Of a stretch of DNA of 64,000 bases, positions 1 through 13,143 are shown in pieces. A program made the position numbers and the translations under genes. How positions within the stretch are numbered: the stretch's first letter is position 1; each line of letters opens with the position of its first letter. The notes under the pieces are model-generated. The model was not told where the DNA came from and did not search any database. It saw only the letters and a list, made by a program, of their open reading frames with translations. The stretch lies in contig DF237290.1 in NCBI GenBank assembly GCA_000708835.1, positions 35,702 to 99,701 of the forward strand, read 5' to 3'. This stretch comes from Klebsormidium nitens. Lineage: Eukaryota; Plantae; Klebsormidiophyceae.

Positions 1-3000
1 TTCGCGCGGGCCTGCGTAAGCGGGAGAGATTTCCACTTTACTAATTGGGAACTGAGCCGAAACAAGTTACTAGCTGTACGTGAACGAATCGTGCAGGGAG
101 CGAGCATTAGCGCGGGCCTGCGAAGGAGAAAAGTGATATTCACTTCGCCTTTGAGGAATTGAGCCGACACAGTTTTTCAGTTTTCACGAACGAACCGTGC
201 AGGGGACTGACGGGGTTTAGCGGGAGTGTGAGCGTCTCGCAAAGCTTGGTAACCAGCGCTGGTTTCTGGAGTTTCGAGTTGGCGGGGTTTCTCACACGTC
301 CGATAAATGATTAGTCATAGGGCGACGGGCAGCAGTGAATCGCGAAAGTCGTCGTCATCTTAGGATGAACCGAAATTAATCTAACCAGAGAAAGGAATCC
401 CGCAATACCCAAATGGCTTCTCTCACCTCGCACGTCCAAAAGATGATCAGCTAGAGGGCGACGGGTGGCAGATAAACCGCGACAGCTGTCGTCACCGCTC
501 CACTATACGTAAATGCTCCACCATACGTAAAGTCAACAAAGGTTGTTTAGACCAAAGAGGAGAAAGGAGACCCGCGAATTCTGGAAGGCTTCCCTCACCT
601 CAGACGTCCGAAAGGTGATCCAATGGAGGGCGACGGGCAGCAAATAAGTCGCGAAAGTCGTCGTGAGCGCTCCCAAGATGGAGTTGATTGGTCCGAAGAA
701 GGGGAAGGCCACAGCCAAGAACCAGATCACGAGCACGACGGGGATGCGCGAGCTGACGCGCACGATGTAGCTCGCTTGGTGCGTGCCCAGAAGCTTTTCC
801 CACAGGAAGTACAGGGGGGTCACGAACAGCCCGAAAGCGACCCCCTGGAACGAGAAACGGGCATGAAAAGATCAGACTGGTTAACAGTGGGAGAATCTTT
901 GAATTGATTGGTCAGACAAGACAATCATCGAGCGGTTAGCAAGAGTTCGACGGTGGAAGACGGTAATTTTCAGCCTCTTGCAAGTTTTCCCCACAACTTG
1001 GGGTCAACGCGTTCTTGTTTTACAAAACCAGTGCCTGCAAAGGCGTCTCACATTCAAGTGACTGCTAAAATAAAACATTCGCTTTAAGCATCCTTTGCAT
1101 CCGAACCTCCTTGCTACAGAGCTGGGAAGAAACGGAGGTAATGCTATTGCGACTCAAGGAATCCTTAAGGAACTTTGCGTCTTCACCTGATGCAGGACCA
1201 TCAGAATGATTCCGACGTTCCGCTGGGGGCTGGGCGGAAGCACCCCGAACGCGTTGCTCTTCTTCAAGACCTGGTCGCCGTACGCCCAGTAGACGGACAC
1301 CGAGTTGGGGACGGTCAGTGTGAATACGTACGCGACCGCTGTCACGTACGTCAGCGGGTACTTGCGGGGGTGCCACATGGCGTGCAGGATCTCGCTGCAG
1401 TAAGTGTGAGTATGTAAGTAGGGGTCTACCGGAAGAACTGGGTATTGAAGGCAAAGCGAGCGTCTGTCGGTGGGTTTGCGCGAATGCAATATAGCGTGCA
1501 GGATTGCCTGCCATGATTGCTAGCCAGATTTGTGTAATGTTTTGGTTTTGCAAAGATAAGGAGAAAGAGACGACTCTAGCGTCGTACAACTGCTCCATTG
1601 AAGTTGCGTGTTTACTTTTGCTGGTGGTGCTTTTGGAGATAGGCTTTTGTGCCGGAGACGGAGCGGTACCATCGTAAGGAGGGACTTCGTTGTGAATCCG
1701 TGCCTTGTGGACATATGAAGAAGACAAATGAGCTGTGGAACAAGCTCGCCGACACCCTGTAATCTGCCATGTATGTTGTCTGTGCAGCTCGTGAGTTGTT
1801 ACGTGTCACATAAAGACAATTGCCAACAGTGGCGCAACCAAGGAAAGTAACAGAGTCTAACAGGCAACACCATGGCGGCTCAATACTTGTGATACTGCTA
1901 ATTTGAGATGGGGGCAGAATCTCCTTTAATGGAGAGCTATGGACCCCTTCCACCCTCCAGAAATCAACACCAAGATGATTTCGGAAGGAGTTCATTTGTA
2001 GTCCACGCGAAATGGTTGAAGTTCAAGAACGTGGCGTCTCGTCGCAGATTTTTTTCACTTTGGATTTGAAAGCTTATCCAGAAGGCATAACAGGATCGAC
2101 AACTCTCGTTAAAAATCTCGGGTCTCAAAGGTTCAAACTCAGCCGAGAACCACAACCCAGGGTCTGTTTCCGAACTTATAAGACTCGAGACCAGCTTGTA
2201 GCAATCCGTTTTTCGAAAGCATTCAAAATCTTTCAAGAGCAACAAGCAAAGCATTGGTTCGACTTGAGCACCCCTCACATGGTGATTGAATGCCCTCCAT
2301 ACGCGAACAGAACCGTCGTCAGCCCGCTGAAGAATGACGTAATGTCGTGAGGCCCCCGGTGCTTCACCCCGGGCGCCTGCCCCACGTGGAGGCTCTCCCC
2401 GACCATAAGCCAGGAGGTATAAGTGGTCGCCACCAAACCCAAAAACGACCAAACCCGGTAGTTATGGAATGTGGGTAACAGCACGGTTAGCAGCGACATG
2501 CCCCCGAAGACGAGCGCCCACGAGCGCTTGGAGAGAACCGAGCTGAGGTAGTACATGTCGCTCGCGCACGCGATAATCTGGCAGGAGAAGAATTGAGTCA
2601 GTGGCTCTTTTGAGGACAAATTGGCACGTTGAAGACTTGAACCGCAGGAACAATTGAACCAGGTAGTTATGGACGTGTGTAAAGCAGGATTAGTAGCGAC
2701 ATCACCCGAAGACGGGCGCTCAGGAGCGCTTGGAAAGGACCGAGCTGAGGTAGTACATGTCGCTCGCGCACGCGATGATCTGGCACGGGGGGAAAACCTG
2801 GTTAGTGGCTGGGTGAAAGATGACCTGGCAAGCTGGCCAAAAACCAATGACAACTAAAAGCTGATTGCAAACTTGGTCAGGAGCCCACATGGGCAAAGAA
2901 TTTGGAAGGATGTTCTTCTTGCCGGCTGATTAACGTGCACAACACCCAAGCACCATCAAATCCCTTCTCCTGGTCGACAACTCGCTCCTTTCTCTGACGT

Positions 3001-5416
3001 GTCCTCCTCTACGTTTTCCTCTCGCGTATCGCGGGAAATCAATCAGAGTCTCGCCAACTATTTTTGGGACTGTCTTGCCGACTCGAATGTGACTTATGCC
3101 TCCCCTCGTTTCAGGGGGGCTCAGCGGCCCCTTACCTGCACCACGGTGAGCCCCCCAAGCGAGAGCAGATTGAAGACAACAACCGCCCAGCGCGCCCAGG
3201 GCCCCACGAGGGATCCCGCAATCTCGTGATACTGGATCACGTGGCCCTGGAACGCCTTGGGGCCGCGCGCGCGCTCGCCGCGCACCCGGTGCTCCGCGTA
3301 CAGGGCTGCAGGTGGCGTCAAGGTGAAGTCAGAAGGGCGTCATGGTATGGATTGACGGGGTCATTCGGCAGACTACGGGTTGAACAGATTCAAAGAACAA
3401 CGTACGGGGCGGTTCATTACCTCTCGCATTGAAAAGAAGGCAAAGAACGAGTCTGCGAATTTGTTTGAGTGGTCAAGTCTCGTCGGGGCCTCACTGGTTG
3501 CCACAACTTTCCTAACCTACACTATTTTAGTTACTTAACAAGTCAGACAACAAACTCATCCGAGTAAGGACCGATCAACCGACCAAGGACCGCTTCGACA
3601 GAACTTGGACACAACTGAACCCAAACAATGCTTAGCCCAATCGACCGTGTTTTTTGAGGCGTCTTTCAGGTGATGAGCACTCAAGATTGGCTGGATCAGA
3701 ACGGATTCGAATGCCCCTAAAAGCAGAACATCGAACTCAAAGAGATTCTTCCCTGGAAATCATCACCAAGGCTAGTCTTATATTCCGTACCTGAAAGAAG
3801 GTACGCTGTCCAGCAGCCGAGGGCGGCAAAGGCGAACTGAGTGACGAGACCCAGTGCGAAACCCATTTGAGCCATCGCGGTGGGAAGGGTCAGAATGACC
3901 TGCCCCACCTGCGGAGGAGGAGCGGGGGTCCAATCAGAAAAGACCTGAGCGAGCTTTGAAAAGGCCTGGACACTCAGCTTTTCGAGGCATTCCAAAGGAT
4001 TACTGCCCCACTTGAGGGTGACAGTCTAGGAGAGCAATGGGGCCTGACGAAAAAGACGAGGGATCGTATGAGATGATCTCCTTTCCTTTCCTGAATTAAC
4101 TAGAGGAGGACGTCTGACATCAGGCGACTGCATGCTTGTGACAAAACTTCGAATGCCATTTCCTTGACCCACTCCGCGCTTTAGGTTACTCTCCAGGTGC
4201 TCTATCGAATGAAAACAACCGGGAATGCAGGCAATAATCTAGCAGGGAGTTCATCTGATCAAAATGCGAATTCCAGTTAGTAGCGACCGGAATGGCATCG
4301 CCTGGTCGTAAATCGAGGCAAATATATACTTTGTTTTTGGGAACTTACTTTTGCAGGTAATACTGGAGTTGAGCTTCTGTGGCAATCTTTGGAAGCTGAT
4401 CTCTGATTGAGCTTTCGTATCAAATTCCCGTTGAGCAGGACTCGTGCCCGGCTCAGTCAAAAGACAGTCTCTATACGCACAAAGCGCAGGAGCAGAAGCA
4501 GAAACTTGGATAAAGAAAGACAACAACACACACGAGATCCTGTCAAAGTTAGAAATCTGCCTTTACGTGCCGCTCTGACTTCTTGCACACCATATAAACC
4601 TGCGCATATGAAGGCCGAATCGCAAACTTCTTCAGAGTCAGTGACCATCAATGAATGCAGACTTCAAACCACATTCAGCAACACACAGTAAGCTCATACC
4701 AAAAGGAGGTCATATGAGAAGACTTCTCAGGTAAAGCGATATCTACCTGGGCGGAGGCAGCGTTCAGCCAGGCGTCATACTTGGATCCCCCTCGCCAGAT
4801 CAATTTCTGCACCCACTCAGAGAACCCGCTGCCATGGCTCCCGTCTTCGTAATGATAGCTGTCCTCGTAAGTGCCTGGGTACAAATAGGGCCAGAAACAT
4901 TGTTACGGACATTCTGTGCGAGAGGATTTGGGTGAGAGAATCTGGGTGAGAGGACTTAGCACAAGCCTCCTCATATGGAATCGCATGTTGAGGGAATGAT
5001 TCAATCCATTTCGGAAATTGGCGCCAATGAGATAGTCTCGCAGACGGTTACGAAGGTCTGGTGCAAACGCAGGGATCGCAACGAAGACGTGTCCTCAAAA
5101 GACAGAGCTCTGTTGAGAACGGAAATGGAAACGACGCAGACGGCGTTGACCTCGGTCAAGACACGGACTCGCTCTCTTGTCCTCATTAGCCGCCACTTTG
5201 ACAATCAAACGAACAAATGTTTTTTCCAGAAACGATGTTGGCTCAACGAAGGTCATCTTAAAATATTTTCACTCTGCTTCGCTTTCATATCCCCTCACAG
5301 AACCTTTGCAACCCACCTTGCGTGTTGTCGTGGGAGGTCCCATCTTTCGCCTCTCCTTTGACGACCGGTTCGCTGACGTGGGCAACCGGGGCCGCGTCGC
5401 CCACGTGGGGCGCCAT
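1..5416 (-). CDS. LAX: AUX1/LAX-like amino acid/auxin permease (3' end lies beyond the window start)
   Basis: Phase-consistent GT-AG exons at 5317-5416, 4747-4874, 3791-3908, 3136-3305, 2279-2577, 1187-1394, 599-844 and <1-11. They give MAPHVGD...IWRGGSKYDAWLNAASAQVGQVILTLP...HVIQYHE...IACASDMYYL...PTFHNYRVWSFLGL...FAYGGHSITIEILHAMWHP...LHQGVAFGLFVTPLYFLWEK...AVAFPFFGPINS, matching hallmark AUX1/LAX motifs. Confidence 0.92.
5..215. repeat. Two diverged tandem copies (period about 106 bp) of the LAX intron 3' end and acceptor
   Basis: cgcgggcctgcg...gagccga...gaacgaa(t/c)cgtgcaggg begins at both 5 and 111. Confidence 0.8.
291..500 (-). repeat. Two degenerate intronic copies of the LAX exon 3' end plus donor site
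   Basis: 291-360 and 422-500 align with the true exon end at 594-670 (ctcac...acgtcc...gagggcgacggg...cgcga.ag..gtcgt); both retain GTGAG on the minus strand. Confidence 0.85.
2662..2785 (-). pseudogene. Degenerate duplicate (pseudo-exon) of the start of LAX exon 2279-2577
   Basis: Aligns to 2457-2582 (shared run ccgagctgaggtagtacatgtcgctcgcgcacgcgat). The acceptor is intact, but TGG has become TGA (2720-2722) and there is a net 2-nt deletion. Confidence 0.88.
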
Positions 5417-7631
5417 ACCTAGTTGCTGAATGCGTAATCCTCGCTTCAAAGTGAAATGCAGGAACAGACTTCTACGCTCGCAATAGGCGGACGGTCACCT
5501 CCAGGGCGGACTGGGGTGCACAGGCTGAGCTTAAACCGGCGGCTCTTAGACGGGGAAGAACGGACCAAAGCGCCCAAAGCCCAGGCGCTAATCAAGCGCC
5601 TGGGTGAGCGGAGTGCAAAGCTGGTTTGCAGAGAGTGGCGGCTAGGGGATCAGATGTGAGTGTTTGAAGCTGCTAGTGGCATCACGACTTCCTTGTCCTG
5701 CATTCTTGACACCAACTGGACGTGCATCAAGCAGCGCAGGCAGCTCCGTTTAGGTTCCAGTGTCAATGAGAGCTGTTTTGCCACTGAAATCGACCAACAC
5801 ACAATATGTACTCCAATTTCACTGGTCTATTAGAAGCACCTACGAGTGCGAATGCTCGCCTTTCAATCAACTTTTGAGGAAAGGCAATGTAAAAGCTTTT
5901 ACTTATTCCCGTAAGAAACTTTGTGATTCCGCAGTACCATTGTTTGATAGCCTACTGAAAGAACAAAGGCCTAACTCCAAAAATTGTAAGCCGTCAAGGA
6001 TTGAGTGGCTGCTGCCGGTACCCTTTTTGAGCTTTCCGGTGCAACCCAGAGCCTGTGGTCCAGGGTCCCGTCCTTTCCCATGTCCACATGCATTGAACCG
6101 TCAATACTTCCGCAGATCGCACGACCAATCTGCAGTGCCAAGACGATTGCGTCCCTAGGTCGGAGACCTGGTTGCAGCGTAGCATGTAATACGGAAAATG
6201 CTGCTCCGTCTGAGACCACAGGTGCTTCTGCAAGGGAAGCTTATAATCTCTGTCATTTGCCTGAACCTATGTCAAATTCTGACGTGTTCAGGTCAGGATG
6301 TGTCAGAAACTGATACGCCGTCCTTCAACGTTTGGAGGCGTTTACAGTGCTCGCATGCGGCAGGTAGAGTCTGCTTCAAAATTCGCTGGCGCTGATGCAA
6401 TGTCTCAAGCTTTACTACCGGCAGCCAGCAGATCGATTATATGGGTAGGCAGCCGGACTAGCTAGGACTACAACTCTACGGTATTTGATTCTCAGTACGC
6501 ATGTTTTGCCAGCCAGACAAGAATCCCGGTTCATTGCACACATGCAGCAGCAGCCTGTGATCATGAGCTGACAACTGCATGATGATGTCTCCATCTCATT
6601 CTGGGTCCTGATCACCACTGCAGCAGTGGCAGGAATGCACGGCCGCCGACTGGAACTTAGCTCAGCAAGTCGTGACTCAGCGCACTGTGCCCTTCTTAGC
6701 TCCGGCAGCGACTGTTGCGGCCACGTACCCTAGCAGCTTATAGGATGTACTCAGACTAAGCAGACGTGGATCTTCGTTCATGCATTTTAGGGGTTTGCGT
6801 TTTGACATGCAGGGTTCTTGACTGGATTTCTACTGCAGCCCAGGTTCTTGGTACCGACTGCTCGCGTATCCCGCTGAGTAACTTTCGAACGCAGTTCCGA
6901 CCAATCAGAGCCGTCTGCTAAACCTCCGTACGACTTCCGCAACCTGTCGGCGACACGTGGACCCCGTCACGACGGCGCGTCTGACAGGTTCGGCGAACTT
7001 GAATGGCGCAGCGCCCAGCGTATGTAGCGTCCTGCGGAGCTGAGCTTGTCAAAAGAAAATGGAAGCTACGTATATTGCCCTATAATACCTAGATCATGTG
7101 ATCAATCAATGCAGCTATTCATGAAGACTCTCTACCTCGTAAGCATAACGAAGCTCATGAGTCGCTTAGGGATCACTTCTGAGAAAGCGCGGCGGCGGGC
7201 AGTACTTCCGCTTGATGGGATTGAATTTTGCGGACAAGCGCGTCTTACTTGACTTATAAAGGACAATATTGTAAGACTGGGCAGTTGTGCTCTTAGCGCT
7301 TTGAAGAACCTAATATAAAGGCGTCCAGCTGCTACATTTGATCACCAAGTGGTACTCCGAGGTCGCAACCACGTCCGCCTGTCCCGCTTAAAGCCAACCT
7401 TCTCCCATTTCTGAGGAGGATTTGTATCTTTGCGATCCAATGCAGGTTCTCTCCCAAGCAAGTGCCCAGCCACACGGCTGGCACCCGGCCTTAGCCAAGC
7501 CAGTTCCAGAAAAGAGCAGCCAGCTTTTCCAAAACTGCACAGCAAAGCTGGGGCTTCCGGAGTCTCGTACTTTCAAGCCCCTTCCTCTCCAGCCCACCAA
7601 CTTTCCGTTCAGCTCACGAGAAGCAACGAAA

Positions 7632-10600
7632 ATGCCGGGCGTTGTACGCGCCAGTCAGGGCGTCATTTCCAGCGAAGTCGACCGTCTCCAAGACCAAGTC
7701 AAGAAGCAGATCCTGACGGCTACCCAGCTCGCAGAGCTACCTGCAAAGCCCACCGCCGCTGTGGGCGCTTCAGAATTGGAGCGCGCCTTTGAGATTCATG
7801 ACGAGCAGTATCTGAAGCCGGTTGAGGGGCCGTCGGTCTGGTACGGGCGCGATTTCAGTGACAAGGAGTCGGAGTGGGTGCACGTGCTGACGTCGGACGA
7901 GGTCGCGGAGATCGAGGCGGCCATCGCGGGCGTGCGCGCGAGCGGGAAGCAGACCAAGGTATGAACGACACAGGAAGGTTTGGCTGCTAACCACGTTTGA
8001 TACCCAGAAGTTAATGCGGTTCTTTGACCAATAACCCCGTTATAGCCATGCTAAAAGCGTGGTTATTGCTTGAGTCCGATTATCAGACATTCAACCGACT
8101 AAAGTTAACCTCCAAAAATCCCTGTGCGACTGCAGAGAAACTACGCTTTTTGTATTCTTAGTTGTTATCAGACTTCGCAGACAGGGACAGTCACCCACTT
8201 GTTTTTGTTGCTTTGATGAGCTTACCAAAAGCTTGAAGAAGAGTCACTGGCTAGCTGAAATGGGCGACCCCACAGGTTTTGCCTGCCCGATGCTTCAAGG
8301 ATTTGTTGAACGTAGCTGGCGCAGTCAGGGATGAGAGACGTCCACTGAATGGAGACCACTTGTGAGATGTTGTGCTTTGGCAAAGGCACTCATATGAACC
8401 AGAATGCTTTCCACGTCTTACAAAGCGGCGACACAAGATTGGCGGCTTGTACAATGCCCGCCTGATACTCTTTCGTTCCTTTTCTACTGCGTTGCCGTTC
8501 TCCCTAGGGTAGGGTCGAAGAACGCGGCTTTATTGTCAGGCAAATAAGGGCCCTTCATGCCAATATCCACAGCTGCCCATGTTTGGCGGTCCTTCATCCG
8601 CAAAGCTGATGAATGCTTTTCAGGCCCGTCCTTCGCTGCAAACCTCGAAAATATCCCCGTCTCTGCGCCAACGGTTGCTTTGGAGAAGCCTCAGACGAGT
8701 TCGTGCTCCTGGAAGGGACACCGCTCACTCTGAGTATCTGAACGGAGCAAGGCATCTGCAAACAAACAGGCTTCCATACAAATGATCTTTGATTGACGCA
8801 CCGGCCTTTTTGTCATTCAGGATGTCACCCAAGCTGACTTTCCTTTGCCAAATCTCGGCCCCCGACTGCTGTCAATCCGAGACGAGCTTGTGACGGGCCG
8901 TGGATTCTACCTGCTAAAGGGTCTGCCTGTCAAAAGGTGGTCCCGGGAAGAGACGATCCTAGCGTACTTCGGACTGGGGACGTACTGGGGCCGCGCGGTG
9001 TCTCAAAACGGAAAGGGGCACCTGATTGGGCACGTGAAGGTGGGGCGTTTGAGAAGCTGTCTGAAGACAGGAGTCTTGTGGATCTGGATTCGACCATGAG
9101 TATTAAAGCCGTTTAACGAAGTCGCTTCGGAGATTCGCGCGCAGAAACGTCAATACGCCAGATAATGCCTGTCAGGTCACAAGGAAACCAGATTTTCCTG
9201 AGGTCTGCTAAGACGGAAGCCTTGCCGTTCCTTTGTAGATTGAAACATCCTACAAGCTGGTCGAGATTAACGTGCTGCAAAGCGCTGTCGCAACTTTAAC
9301 GTAGAACAGCAATTGTCAAGCTGGAGACGACTGTGATCCCGCCTTCCCTGAACCAGGGCCGGCACTCACGTCCCCGTTTGTCCTCTCACCCAACTTGAGC
9401 CTCGCATCTTGTCAACAAACGGGCATTTCTGGTCACAGATAAGAGGCCTCTGGCTTACAGCGCGAGCCAGACACCGAACGTTCGTTTGCTTTGCAGGACC
9501 TCGGAACGGACCCCACAAACATCGTGAACAGGGTCTACACTCACCACGGGCCGCAACCCTGGCACTGCGACTCGGCAGACCTCGTAGGTAAGCGTGACGG
9601 AATCTTGACGTAGCTTTGAAGTCCGACAGATTTCTCAGACTTGGTAAGACGAACAGTTGACGTCCTCTGTTCATCCATCACGGGTTTTACACGCCTTCTT
9701 TTTATGGACGTTCGAGATATGTTGGCCGACCTCTAGGCTTGCTTAATTAGCTTCTGCTTCTGGAAGACTGGAATCTATCTCAAAATTCTCCCTGTCGCTG
9801 TCCGGTGCTGCCACGACTGGATGATCCCCCATAAAGGCACTCGGCTGACGTCTCCCGGTTCCTACCCCCCAGGTCTTCTATGCCTGCAAGTGGCTAAGGA
9901 GGGCGGCCTGAGTAGCTGGGCCAGTTCACACACGGTCTACAACGAGCTGCTCCGGTCGCGGCCGGACTTGGTGAGAATATTCTCGCAGCCGTGGTTCATC
10001 GACAGAAAGAACGAGGTGCCCGCCGGGAAGAAGCCCTACTACGTCATGCCAGTCTTCAACTACTACCAGGTAGGGGCGCATTCGCTATCATCCCAATCGT
10101 TTCTCCTCTTCGAATGAGCATGGCGCGGAGGGAGGTCGAAAGACTTCGACGGGCATGGTCCCAAGGAGACTTTGTCGGACGATGCTTTGGGAAGTTGCAA
10201 TAGATTGTTGTACATGTTCGCATTGGGCGTTTCAGCAAAGGGCAGCAGGAATTCGCATTGATCGTGCTTCCGAATCCGCATGAGGTCGTCCAAAACGGAC
10301 TCCTCATCCGCAGTTCCGTAAGAATTCCCACTACGAGAAGAACTCTAACCACGCGGTTGTTGAATTGGTTGAAAATGAAACCCGTTCCTTGCGTGCAGGG
10401 CCGCCCTAAAGTCCGCTTTTAGCAGTGCTAAACCTACAACAACCGTACAACCACCGAAGAGAACTCACCTTGCGTGCAGGGCCGTCTGACGATCCACTAC
10501 GAGAACAGCTTCTTCCAGGCCGCGCAGCGCCATCCGGGCGTTCCCCCGCTTAGCGCCGAGCGCCTGGAGGCGATCGCAGAGTTTGACCGGGTCGCCGGAA

Positions 10601-11414
10601 GCAGCCCGGTAAGGCTGGATTACTGGCTGGAAGTGGGCGACCTGCAGCTGCTCAACAACCACCAGACGGTGCACATGAGGACCGGCTACACGGACTGGGG
10701 GGTGAGCCCTTAACCCGGTCGGTTTCATTGGAGAAACTTGTCTGCGTTTTGTGTTGTGTCCGGGCCGTTTAAGATGGAGTTGCCAAAAGTGGATCGCACT
10801 GTCGAGGTTTTCAGTTGCAAACCACGGTGTTTTGAAGGGCTTCGTTAGAGGGCCGTGATCTGGGCGATCCGATCAATAACTCCAGATTGCAGTGTGACTT
10901 TCGTCGCAAACCCAGGTGGTTCTCAGGCGGGATTCAGGAGAAAGGGTGATGGGCTGGGTGGGCAAAAGGCCTTTTGTAATCAAAATGTCGTTTCATGAGC
11001 CCCAGTTTTGCCACGTCCCAACCCATCTCATCTTGTCAATCTACTTGTGTTGACACAAACATCCCGGAAACCCTTTCAAGGTGGCCTCCGGCAGTGGACA
11101 TTCTCGTGTTCGAATAGCAATCCATCATTCGCTCGAAGACCAGATCGTCTCGTCATTCTTCCCGAACCCTCGATTCACACCACAGTCTCTTTTTGCAAGC
11201 CCGCCCCTTTTTCTGACACGTGTCCACCCTTGGGTAACGTCTGCAGCCGGGGCCCGACGAGAAGCGCCACCTGCTGCGCCTGTGGCTGTCGCCGCCCAAC
11301 GACCGTCCGATCCACCCTTTGTACGGCGAGCGATACGGGAGCACAGAAGTGGGAGCCAGAGGGGGAATCTGCGTGCCAGGGGCGGCTACGAAGATTTCTC
11401 TGGAAGCCGAGTAG
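7632..11414 (+). CDS. TauD/TfdA-family Fe(II)/2-oxoglutarate-dependent dioxygenase (about 407 aa)
   Basis: Exons 7632-7958, 8821-9039, 9497-9587, 9873-10069, 10480-10701 and 11247-11414 are all phase-consistent. Motifs: HxD (PWHCDSADLVGLLCL), distal His (NNHQTVHMR) and RHLLRLWL. Confidence 0.9.
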
Positions 11415-11656
11415 GCAAGGGGTTTGATAGGGTTTGAAGATAAGTACTTAAGACAAGATAAGTCGTTAAGGGACAATAAAACGTACTGAAAGCCTGCCAA
11501 GTTTTGGATGTAGCACGTATACGTATAGGCTTTTGCAGAGAAATGTATACACGACGTCGAAGAATGACGTTGACTTTGAAAGGTAGATTCTCTTCACGAG
11601 CATTGAGTTGTTCCTGCAGTGGCATTTCAGAAAATGTGTATGTACAGATACTTTTG

Positions 11657-11712
11657 ATCGGACAAGGACAACTTACGTAAAGCCATCGGACAAGGACAAC
11701 TTACGTAAAGCC
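11657..11712. repeat. Exact 28-bp tandem duplication
   Basis: atcggacaaggacaacttacgtaaagcc occurs twice in tandem, downstream of the dioxygenase stop codon. Confidence 0.95.
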
Positions 11713-13143
11713 GCTCGCTCAATGATTCTTTTGCAAAGCGAGCGGCCTGCTGGTGGATGCATGCGCAACAATTTTGAAAAGCATCGTTCGTTCTGAGTCT
11801 GCTTACGAGCCTTCTACCTGACGACTGGTCACCGAGATCACATGCTTGCCGCATGAGCGACACTGGTCCCTGGACAATCCTCAACTTACAAGAAGAGTTA
11901 CAATGCCACTGCAGGTCCGCACTTCTTGCTCTCTAAAGGTATTTGGACCTCGACTTCGCTTTGCAAACGGTTTTTGTAAGACGTTGTGTGGCCAATATAT
12001 AATTTAAGCGGGTACTCTGATCGGCCGAATTCTGTTCAGGAGTACCTTTGATTTTGACATGCTTTTCCAGCTGTATCCCTCCGATACATCAAACGTCCAG
12101 CACCTACTCTAAAGACTCACCGTAAGATTTGGCATGAGGCATGAAACAAGCTCAATACTACTGTTGCTAGTCAGCTTGGTTTCTTGGTTGTTCGTTTGGC
12201 TCTCGAACGGTGTCTATATTCAACGTTTTCAACAGACCTTTTCAAACGCCTTGTCAGACCAAGTTAAGTACGACAGAATCAACAACAACGTAATTAACAC
12301 CAGGGACACCAAGGGGACACCATCATACTTACACGCTGATGATCTTCCAGCACATTCAGAGAACTCTCAGGCACACTTTGCGGGCTTCCAAATTCTTGGA
12401 ATATCCTTGCTTTCACGTCAAATGAGTAAGGTAATTCACCCTCGCGCAAGTGCACAGATACGGAACTGTTCATCAGCGAGCTTCTCGTCAATAAGGTTTC
12501 ATGCGGAGCGCTGCGGCCCAGGGGCCAGTGCGGGCCGCAGGGGAGTGCCTTGGGTTTAGTTGAAGAGAAGTAAACCCGGCTGGTGTTGACTGGCTTCAGC
12601 CGGTAGCTCTCGATCCGACCGGCCGAGGGTCCACCCTAAAATTTGACCTCACATTCCAAACCCGGTGGTGCTATCCCGACTGCTTTACAGGTTATAGGGT
12701 TTGGGGTGGTTTGGGGACAATCTCGTGTTTCCTTTTCGCCTGTACGACTGTTGGCGTCAGTCGGTGTCAGCTGCCTTAGCTTGCGCCTGGCATGCACTCG
12801 CCGAGCCGCTGCATTGAGTTGATGGCGTTTTGCCCAGGCGCTTTGTTCACCTATAGATTGCCAGCGTGAATCCCCTTTAGTGCAACGCTCTCTTTGAAAT
12901 CCGTTTCCTCAGCAATAAGCTGCAATCAATGCGTAAAGCCTTCAATAAGGCAGCCAACAACGGCTACACCAAGAAGCCTGTGCCTCTGAGTCCAAGAGCC
13001 CTGCCACACTTGGCCAACCTTTTGGGTTTGATCAGATGAGAACAAAATATCCTGCAAACGTCTGTCCAGTCATGTAGCTGATTGGGTCTGGGTTACTGCC
13101 ATGTTACGTTAACTCCTTTCCAACCCCTGAAGAAGAAGGAGAC

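Noticed and set aside
1065-1727. 220-aa minus-strand ORF overlapping a LAX exon
   Set aside because: An alternative frame across an exon and its flanking introns; no recognisable family.
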